Shown: positions 54,425 through 64,000 of the stretch, one piece after another
How positions within the stretch are numbered: the first letter of the stretch is position 1
Layout of the letters: each line of letters begins with the position of its first letter
NCBI GenBank assembly: GCA_951406725.2
Contig: OX597819.1
Coordinates: 46,004,001 to 46,068,000, forward strand
DNA: 64,000 bases
Direction: 5' to 3'
From: Octopus vulgaris
Lineage: Eukaryota
The notes under the pieces: model-generated
What the model was told of the DNA's origin: nothing
Databases searched by the model: none
Seen by the model: only the letters and a program-made list of their open reading frames with translations
Translations under genes and position numbers: made by a program

Positions 54425-54543
54425 TAGAAGAGCGTAGGCTCGAAACGTAAAAGACTTTTCTATTCCTGAGCATTATACTAATACATCTGTTTGTTTTGTA
54501 CACCACCTGTATTCGTCTTTTGTTTTTTTCGTAAACTCTCCCT
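54425..54543 (+). mobile_element. PLE pLTR 3' fragment starting within a hammerhead core
   Basis: GAA-GAGC(GUAG)GCUC-GAAA-CG-UA-AAAGA; the 5' CU and stem I are missing. Confidence 0.55.
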
Positions 54544-54560
54544 ATATATATATATATACA

Positions 54561-54793
54561 CACTGACAGCCGGACTTAGCCAGACCATCGTGCGTTTGAA
54601 GAGTTACTACTGACGAGCCAACGACTGATAAGCGAAACTAGTCTGGTCTAGACAGTCTCATGGGGCGGTTATCTCCCCTGTCAGTGCATATATTGCATGC
54701 TTTTGACAGCAGTAAGAGTTTTACACTTTTATTTCTTGCAATATAGGTGCTTCATCCCCCCCCAGTCACAATTAATGACGACAAAACTTTTCG

Positions 54794-54795
<2 letters not shown>
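54561..54795 (+). mobile_element. Fold-back PLE-type element in (TA)n containing an intact minimal hammerhead
   Basis: Inverted ends cactgacag (54561) / ctgtcagtg (54678-54686), followed by a ~110-bp tail. Confidence 0.7.
54606..54647 (+). ncRNA. Minimal type I hammerhead ribozyme motif
   Basis: ACUA-CUGACGA-GC..GC-GAAA-CUAG-UC|UGGU; stem I ACUA/UGGU, palindromic CUAG stem III, GUC cleavage triplet. Confidence 0.75.
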
Positions 54796-54836
<41 letters not shown>

Positions 54837-54977
54837 TAGATATATATATATATACACGTCACTTGTGCCTTTTGGTTGTAAACTGCGAGAAAGCTACCTT
54901 AATATTTTTTATATAAGTAATATACGCATGGCGAGAGATATACACAGATAGATGGACAAAAATTATTATAACTTATG

Positions 54978-55036
<59 letters not shown>

Positions 55037-55679
55037 TTGTCTGTTTAAGTGATTATGTGAATACGAGTTAGGTGCGTATTTATATTGGGAAGACGTCTGC
55101 TTCTGCGTGCACGTATATCTTCAATGACGGTTGCACACATGCAGACATTTACACATATATAATTCAAAAATCACTAAAACCCATACATAGACGCAAAATT
55201 GTTAGATATTTTTAATGCATATTCCTGCAAGTTAGACAAACGAACTTCCGATTATAATTGGAACTAGAAATATGGTACACCATAACGCATAAAAAAATAT
55301 TATAAAATTAATTCTACTCCAGTGATATATTTTATAGCATATGGCTAGTCTTTTCTCTAATTGGCTTTAATGTATTTGTTAACTAAAAGGAAATGTGATT
55401 TAATTGAGTCTTTCTTGCTTATAGCTGTTTTACATGAATATCCAGACGTTATATTTTTGATGGGGGATCATAGATGCAAGACGCACTTTTCTCAGCTCTT
55501 GGATTTTCTCCCTTTAATTTATTTAATTAAATCAGTCTATTTTGCTCCGTATTTTGCTCCGAATCAAGTACAATCGTACATTTTTCATAAAGAATTTTTT
55601 ACAGCTGATGTCTCCTGTTTCGGATCCTCGGAATGGATAAGAGCCCGTATATGTGCGTGTGCGTATATGTGTGGGTGTG

Positions 55680-55895
55680 TGCGTGGCTACGTGGTAAGAA
55701 GCTACCTTCCCAACCCCATGGTTCCGAGTTCAGACCCACTGTGTGGCACCTAGAGCAAGTGTCTTCTACTATAGCTTCGGTCTATGATCCTCCATCAAAA
55801 ATATAACGTCTGGATATTCATGTAAAACAGCTATAAGCAAGAAAGACAATTAAATCACGTGGGTAGATTGGGCAGACGGAAACTGAAAGAAGCCC

Positions 55896-55981
<86 letters not shown>

Positions 55982-56120
55982 GGTCCCGGGTTGATTCGGG
56001 GTTAACCACAGTAAATAAGGTACTCAATACATAGCAGAGTAAAATTAATTTATTATATAGAAGGAGCTTCTACAGGACTAGAACTGTTTCATTCAAGAGA
56101 AATCTTCAGGAAGCCCTATA

Positions 56121-56154
<34 letters not shown>

Positions 56155-56365
56155 AATGTATGTATGTGTGTGTATATGACTGTATGTCTGTGCATATGTG
56201 TGTATATGACTGTATGTCCCACACTACCTCTTGAGAACCGGTGATGGTGTGCTTACGTCCCCGTAACTTAGTAGTTCAACAAAGAAGTGTATGATTGAAT
56301 AAATACTAGGCTTTAATAAACATAGTCGATTCATTCGACTCAAACTCTTCAAAGGGCTGCCCCAG
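55680..56365 (+). mobile_element. Family A SINE split by a PLE-type insert (55978-56116) in its internal (TA)n
   Basis: Head 55680-55898 and tail 56200-56365; the insert minus strand has CUGAAGA..GAAAC..GUC. Confidence 0.72.
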
Positions 56366-56404
56366 TAAAAATTATATTTTGCATTTCAGCTGTTTCCTTC
56401 AATA

Positions 56405-56675
56405 GGCAGCGGCCATGCTGGGGCACCGTACTTATTTTCTTCTTAAATTTGGTACTTTTCTATCATCCTTTTTTCTTTTGCAGAACCTGTTATGGGGATG
56501 TAAACACACCAACATCGGTTGTCAAGTGGTTGTGGAGGGAACACACGCAGACACAAAAACACACCACACACACACATACACACACATACACACGTGCACA
56601 AGCATATACGCACGCGCGTGCGCACACACAAACACATATATACCGTATATATTTGCATACTTATACATATACACG

Positions 56676-56719
<44 letters not shown>

Positions 56720-57325
56720 GAAATTAATTAATTAGGAATAATTATCAATTACACCAAGTAGATTTCGGCATGTAAAAGCCCCATTCGAGGAAAATTTAAG
56801 TAATACTAAGTAATTAAGGGTTTAGCAACGAATTGCCTCACCAACACACCGAATTTAGAAATAGCAGTCAAAGAGATATAGCTATTCCTTCTACTAAAAG
56901 GGGGATCTCACCGAATTTAGAAATAGCAGTCAAAGAGATATAGCTATTACATAAATATATAAAAAATATAAAATGGGACAAGAACGGAAACCATCCGGAC
57001 AGTTAGGTGATACAAAAATGGGACAACAAAACATCCAGATAGACGATACAAAGAAAACAAGAACGGGTCGTTCGAAGTTTTCTTTCCTCATTCAAGTACC
57101 AGATTATCTTCGCAATTTCGGCATACATTCACACATACATACGTTCATACATACATATATACATTCATACATATATACAGTCGTATATATATATATACAT
57201 ACATACGTACATACATATATAACATACATATATACATACATACGGCAGTGTTCCAGATTCTCTCAACCAAATTCACACTGAAGTCCTTGGTCGGCCAGAG
57301 GCTTTAGTAGGAAACACTTACCCAG
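56405..57325 (-). mobile_element. Family A SINE split by inserted sequence (56716-57125) in its internal microsatellite
   Basis: 3' part 56405-56570; head part 57243-57325 (ccttggtcggccagaggct...acacttaccc). Confidence 0.65.
56847..56948. repeat. Perfect 40-bp direct repeat with a 22-bp spacer
   Basis: caccgaatttagaaatagcagtcaaagagatatagctatt at 56847-56886 and 56909-56948. Confidence 0.9.
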
Positions 57326-57378
57326 CAACATTTTACCAAAACTTCTGCGACTTTATCTACATATAAGTCGGATCATTT

Positions 57379-57439
<61 letters not shown>

Positions 57440-57718
57440 ATTCATCTTCGATATATTTTAATATATTTATGTGTCAATGTTCACATCTGTATATTTTTAA
57501 AAGTACCAATTACCCTATATATTTTAATGTAATTATATATTTATATATTTTCAATATATCTATATATTTATATATTTTAATGTATCGGTGTATTTTAATT
57601 TCTTCTATGTAATAATTAAGTGCATGTTTCTGGTGATTTTTCTATATCAATTTTATCGATGAAAGCGAGCTGCATTATTGTTTGTGAACTAAAATATCTG
57701 GTGTTATACTCACTTATA

Positions 57719-57770
<52 letters not shown>

Positions 57771-57772
<2 letters not shown>

Positions 57773-57805
57773 TTATTGTCTAGAGGGGACAAACAAATTA
57801 AGTCG

Positions 57806-57851
<46 letters not shown>

Positions 57852-57884
57852 GTATATATATATATGTGCATATATATATATATG

Positions 57885-57916
<32 letters not shown>

Positions 57917-57949
57917 TCTTTATTGTCTAGAGGGGACAAACAAATTAAG

Positions 57950-57952
<3 letters not shown>
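57771..57952 (-). repeat. Duplicated 35-bp family B SINE tail fragment within (TA)n
   Basis: ctttattgtctagaggggacaaacaaattaagtcg at 57771-57805 and 57918-57952. Confidence 0.85.
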
Positions 57953-58002
<50 letters not shown>

Positions 58003-58010
<8 letters not shown>

Positions 58011-58373
58011 ATTTAGGAATGGTCATTTTGCCAGTTTAGCCAATAAAAACACACGCACTATATATTTGATGTTACTTTGCTTCAGCGTTATTCATTTTTT
58101 ACATTAATCTTAATCTTATTTCGGCCGGAGTTCTTTCGTCACACTCCTGTGACCTCATCAGTGGTCCTTTGCTTTCTTATTTGTGTGTCTCTCCTAACTA
58201 ACGGTCAGCCATTTTGTATTTTGTATTTCTATTGTATGTGTCTTCATTTCTGCGTGCGTATATCTCTATGTGTCTCTATGTTTTGTTAGTGTGTGACTAT
58301 TCCTAAATACAACAATATTTGTCTCAACGCACGATTTTACATGAAAAATCTTGCAAAGCAAATATATAGACGT
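58003..58373 (+). mobile_element. Third copy of the 12192 family: long inverted pLTR, ~22-bp direct arm and tail
   Basis: Starts ttgttgtatttaggaatggtca; ends tgactattcctaaatacaacaa plus tail ..aatcttgcaaagcaaatata. Confidence 0.82.
58123..58167 (-). ncRNA. Minimal type I hammerhead ribozyme motif, intact core
   Basis: GGACCA-CUGAUGAG-GUCACA(GGAG)UGUGAC-GAAA-GAAC-UC-CGGCC. Confidence 0.72.
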
Positions 58374-58731
58374 ATATATATATATATATATATATATACA
58401 AATATACATATATATATGTGTGTGTATGTGTGTATGTACGTATGTATGTATGTATGTAAGTATGTATGTATGTATGTATGTATGTATGTATGTATGTGTG
58501 TATATATGTATGTATGTATCATATTATATTATATTAGAGGGGAAAGGAGAACAAAAACCAAGGCAAGACGAGTATCTTAGGTCATTTAGAATATTTAATT
58601 AGCATTCGGTGAATTTGATGTCTTACACCTGTTTCTGAGGTTCCCGAAGTGATAGGGTAGCCATGTCCCCACACTTGGTATTTCGTTGAGACAAGGTGAG
58701 TATTTATGAAAATCTAGACAGAGAAATTCAC

Positions 58732-59085
58732 ATATAGAAGGTGTCCCGAAGGTCACTAATGGGTTTTAATTTATAATAACTTCCATTACTTTACAAATAA
58801 ATGCATGAAAATTTAAGAAAAAGATCAGAGAAGTGTGGTCTGAAACTTTTGAAGGTGTTATGGTGCAAGTTGTGGATAGCGTACGGGCGAGCAAAGCCGA
58901 AAATGGTTGCCATTTAAGTGATGTAATTTTGCATATGTGATGTAGTTGTGTTGCAAAATTTGACTTGCTCATATTAATTTCCATTGTGTATATTATATTG
59001 TCTTAAAATTTCATGCATTTATTTGTAAAATTAAGGAAGTTGTTAAAAACTGAAACCTACCAGTGACTTTTGGGACGCCCTGTAT
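58732..59085 (+). mobile_element. Tc1/mariner-derived MITE
   Basis: Imperfect TIRs tatagaaggtgtcccgaaggtcact / agtgacttttgggacgccctgtata; internal transposase C-terminus-like AENGCHLSDVIL. Confidence 0.75.
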
Positions 59086-60379
59086 ATGTATATTCATCAA
59101 CTGCGATGGAAGATATGTGCGTCTTCTTACAGGAATACATACATGGGTTAATATATACAAATCTCCCTGGCGCATATAGCATGCATATTGAAACATTTAT
59201 ATTTTGTATCTACTTTCACGAAAAAAATACATTTAAAAAAGCTCTCAGCTTCACATAAAAATAGGCGAAAATGACGATAGTGGTAGTAGTGGTGGCGTCG
59301 ATGGTTTTGTAGACGGCAGCAACTAAATTTAATTGCGAACGTTTATAAGAATATAAATTGCTGTGCTATTTTACAGACGACTCAACTTTTATATTATCTG
59401 TTGTGACTATAAAATGAATGCAATTTTAATGATGTTACTGCTCAACTTCTGATCATCCAATAGGCACATAATGAAAGAACTTACTGTGACAATCATGATC
59501 AATATTCTCGTATTTATTATTTAATTTTTTTTTTAATCTAGGACTACAGTATCCCTCATTCTGTTACTTGTCGATCTTAGTAGGACAGATAGGTTCTCAA
59601 TCCTTCTGGCGTAGTAACGGAATGGATATCAAACAAAGAAATGTTTGGTGAACTGCACATACAGACTTAAAAACTAATGGTGCATTTCACATGACAAGTA
59701 TAACAAAACTATGTTTTAAAGTTAAAATATATGAAAGTATAGAAAACAATTGCTTGTCGTGATTTATTGACAATATGTCTTTAAGATAGCAATTACTAAT
59801 GACGATATTCAAGCCACTCAAACTTTTAATATAGAATGTATCAAGTCTTAAACGCCGTCTGTAAACACCTGCGGCACACCGATTCAGAATCTCTTCACGA
59901 AGATATGGTAAGCGTGGGATTGATTATGACTGGGATGTTATATCTCTCAGAATGTGCATCGACATAGGGGCTGTCTCGTACATGCAACATTTCGAAAGGT
60001 CAGCTGCTCATTAATTTTAAATACAAAATCTATTGCTGCAGAACCTTGTACATTGAGAGAAGATTTTGTAAATGTTTTCCTCGATTCTCATTTATCAGTG
60101 TTTTGTCATAAGAAAGAAATATTTATGTTGTTCCTTGCAATTTTAAGAGTCCTTTAAAAGCAAAAACTGGCTCCCGGAAAAAGGCATTCAATTTTCTTTT
60201 TTGCGTTTGCTTGTATCTCCATCTACACCAACACTAATCTACAGAATTGGTTACTCAAAAGAAACGTAATGTTCAGTATAACTAAATCTAAATCAATCTA
60301 AAAATGTCAAGAGATGGCGTAGATAATGCTGGAATTGTTCCCACACACACTCATACAAAAAGTCATGCGTGCATAACTA

Positions 60380-61603
60380 TACTGGGGTTGAACAAAATAC
60401 CTGAAACACCATTATTGGTTTAACTATATTTTCTATTCTAGTATGTACACATCTAGAGATATGCATTACATATAGCTGGTATTCATGATGTAGCCCTCTT
60501 TTTTACTGCTTATTTTAAGATATTCATTTGCATACGAGTTAAAATTTGTAACCTATATGATTTCCAAAGAGGTAAAACATTGGTGGGCTGCTGAGAGTTT
60601 GAGATTCATTAGACAAAACTACTGAAATATTTAATAATTTAAGAGGTAAGTTTCTAAAATCATGTTGGCATTCCAAAACCGAAATAAAACCAGCTCGAGC
60701 AAGCGTAATTCTCGATGGAAGGCAAAGGTCATAGAGGGGGACTGCAGACCAGCGAAACCTTTTGTGTCCAAAGCTTTAACTACAGGAACAAAAGTGAAAG
60801 CAGAGCTAAACGACTACTTGCCAACCTATGTCTCCCAACATCATTCCTCTTAAGCTGCATAAAGTTGAATATCATGGACGGGCTGCAATTACTAAATCTC
60901 TTCTGTACCACATCAAGATTGATAAGAGGTAAAATAGTGTGTAGACTATCAGAAGTGATCAATGGCGCAAAGAACAATGTCATCTTTTCCAATAAATGAT
61001 CATTCACTTATTTCCTGCTTGGTGCCAATTTTATGTATGGAAATACCCCAAAGAAACCTTCAGTCATCACTGTTTGGCGCCTATCCTGATGCATGAAGGA
61101 GATTCTGCAATAATTTGGTTTACTATACCACGGAATTCTCATGGCAACGCGTCAGAATGAATGCCAAGAATTATTTGACTATTTAGGCTGATAATTTCCA
61201 TCGTATAATACAAACAGCGTTCACTGATGGCAATACAATCTTCTAGATCGATAATGCGCCGATTCACACGGCTAATGTTATTCAAAACTAGTACGAAGAG
61301 CAAAAAGTTAAACTCGACGTTTTGGATCGCAATTACTGGATTGCAATATTATCGAAAATTTATGGTGTATTTTGGACAAGTAAATGACGAACTGGATCAC
61401 TCCGGCATTTTCCCGCGCAGAGCAAAACCATGTTTTTACTTCGAAAATGGATCCAAATTCCCCTAAAATTTGTTCAGAATGTATGCATGTCGATTCTTCT
61501 AATGTATTACAGCTGCGATTGATGTAAAACTTGAACCAATGCAGCATTAAAAAATGAAATATTCATTTAATAAGCTGCTTTCTCTCATTTGTCCTACAGC
61601 TGC
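60380..61603 (+). mobile_element. Decayed Tc1-like transposon
   Basis: TA-CTGGGGTTGAACAAAATACCTGAAACACC left end; KNNVIFSN, IDNAPIHTAN, CNIIENLW and AAIDVKLEPMQH* match degenerate Tc1 DDE motifs. Confidence 0.8.
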
Positions 61604-61723
61604 ACACGCACACTGACACACGTGCGTACACACGCCCACACACGCCCACACACGCGTGCGCACATACACACACACATATGCAAGTATGTATACATATATA
61701 AGTATACATGCATATATATATAT

Positions 61724-61755
<32 letters not shown>

Positions 61756-61795
61756 CTCGGTGAATATATATATATATATATATAAAATCACACAC

Positions 61796-61851
<56 letters not shown>

Positions 61852-61857
61852 GGATGT

Positions 61858-62274
61858 ACTCTCTTTTACTATTTAATTGTTTCAGTCATTTGACTGCGGC
61901 CAAGCTAGAGCACCGATTTTTAGTCGAGCAAATCAACCCCAGGACTTATTCTTTGAAAGCCTAGTACTTATTCTATCGGTCTCTTTTGCTGAACCTCTAA
62001 GTTACAGAGACGTAAATACACCAGCATCGGTTGTCAAGCGATGTTGGGGGGACAAACACAGCCACACAAACATATACACACACATACATATATATATACA
62101 CACACATATACGACGGGCTTCTTTCAGTTTCTGTCTACCAAATCCACTCACAAGGCTTTGGTCGGCCCGAGGCTATAGTAGGAGACACTTGCCCAAGTTG
62201 CCACGCAGTGGGACTGAATCCGGAACAATATGGTTGCTAAGCAAGCTACTTAGCACACAGCCGCTCCTGCACCT
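61858..62274 (-). mobile_element. Family A SINE, full length
   Basis: Reverse complement of family A, ending cagccgctcctgcacct. Confidence 0.9.
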
Positions 62275-62574
62275 ATAAATGTATACACACACACACACAC
62301 ACACACATACATATATGTGCGTGTATAGGTACAGATGTGAGATAGACAGTAAGAGAGAGAGACAGGCAGACAAACAGATAGGTAGAGATGGACAGAGAAA
62401 GTAAGAGAGAGTTGAGGAAAAGTGAATGAACGTATCCTGCTAAACACTGTAATGCTAGAGAATAAACCATACTTCTATACTTCACTACATGTATTGAGTA
62501 GTCTTTTTACCGTTTATCACTCTAAGCACGCAAAGAGACAGACACATAACACATACTCGCATTGAGAGGAGTGC

Positions 62575-62576
62575 GC

Positions 62577-62639
<63 letters not shown>

Positions 62640-62649
62640 CATCTCTCCA

Positions 62650-62748
<99 letters not shown>

Positions 62749-62750
62749 GC

Positions 62751-62787
<37 letters not shown>

Positions 62788-62800
62788 TGTGTATGCGTGT
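62575..62800. repeat. Compound (TCTA)n-(CT)n-(TA)n-(TG)n microsatellite
   Basis: Tandem arrays. Confidence 0.95.
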
Positions 62801-62929
62801 TCATGTGTGTATGTTTACGTTATTTACACTCTTTTTGATGTTTTTGCTAAACAGTTAAGAGATATTTCGAGTGATTTATTGATTTGGGATTTGTTAACTT
62901 GAACAACATTTGCTTCTTTTTGGAACATT

Positions 62930-62960
<31 letters not shown>

Positions 62961-63622
62961 GCACACATATACACACATACATGCAGAGTGATACTTGAGA
63001 AATCTTCAAAGCACAAACTATCGGAATCCGTATCTTTTCACTGTTTTTCATCTCTCACTTCCTTCCTATTCGCCCGCTATTTCTTAACCTTCTCAAAAGC
63101 AGTGTTGTTTTTCGACCAATCCTAGCCTATCACTTGTCTCGCGGATCACCATGACGTGGTTCAGACCAACGCTTTGGTCTGTCTTTGTTAAAGCAACGTT
63201 TCGTTGCGCCGCTTTCTACAGCAGTGACACGTAAGTCTTGATTCCTTACTCTCTACTACTAATAAATTCCATTGTCTACTGTTTGGGGATTTGGCATTTC
63301 CTTGTTTTACTAAAAAAAAATACCTTGCTATTATGCAAAAGTGTTGTATGTCCAAAACGTTGCTTTTTCAGAAAACAAAAAATGGTTTCACCATTCCATA
63401 GCAAAACCGTTATACTACACTTTGATAACTTTTGATATCTTTGTATCAGAAGCAGCTGGAGACATGATAGTTTGACCAAAAAAATCGGCTATTGCAAGCA
63501 AAAATAAATATTTGCTCAAATTTGGCCATACGACAGTTTAACATAATAACAACGATAAATAGGCTTCTACAGCTACCAGTAAACCGCCGTTTCTTCTCAT
63601 TTCTTCAAGTACTAGTCTCAGA

Positions 63623-63840
63623 AACTCTTTTACTCTTTTGCTTCTTTCAGTCATTTGACTGTGGCTATACTGAAGCACCGCCTTTAGTCAAGCAAATCGA
63701 CCACAGGACTTATTCTTCGTAAGTCTAGTACTTATTCTATCGGAGTCTTTTGCGGAAGCGCTAAGTTACGGGGACGTAAACATACCAACATCAGTTGTCA
63801 AGCGATGTTGGGCGGCAAACACAAACACATAAACACACAC

Positions 63841-63921
<81 letters not shown>

Positions 63922-64000
63922 CATATATACGACGGGCTTCTTTCAGTTTCTGTCTACCAAATCCATTCACAAGGCTTTGGTCGGCCCGAGGCTATATTAG
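63623..64000 (-). mobile_element. Family A SINE, cut off by the window end
   Basis: ctcttttactctttt tail, gctaagttacggggacgtaaac, internal (CA)n, ggctttggtcggcccgaggctata. Confidence 0.9.

Noticed and set aside
56847-56948. Repeat-spacer-repeat resembling a CRISPR array
   Set aside because: Only two units, eukaryotic context, no cas genes, and it lies inside a repeat insert
57625-57680. ctggtga..gaaagcgagc as another hammerhead
   Set aside because: The core is mutated and stems I and II are not convincing

Overview
AT-rich eukaryotic non-coding DNA (intron or gene desert) saturated with microsatellites and decayed transposable elements. The repeat content suggests an octopus or other cephalopod genome; this is an inference, not a database result. 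No intact host protein-coding gene is supported, and almost all ORFs in the track are translations of simple repeats. Recognisable content: at least four tRNA-derived SINE families, mariner and Tc1 relics, a hAT MITE with a perfect 8-bp TSD, Helitron/Helentron-type non-autonomous elements, a 5'-inverted RTE LINE with TSDs, a zinc-knuckle LINE ORF1 relic, and three Penelope-like (PLE) coding fragments (DKG, YRDD-RT, GIY-YIG). The most striking hidden signal is a set of small fold-back elements inserted in (TA)n tracts that carry minimal hammerhead ribozyme motifs (about 10-12 intact or decayed motifs from several unrelated families). Other notable signals are SINE multimers that inserted as one unit next to existing SINE heads, and a unique core rich in TCF/Hox/Cdx/GATA motifs framed by complementary trinucleotide arms.
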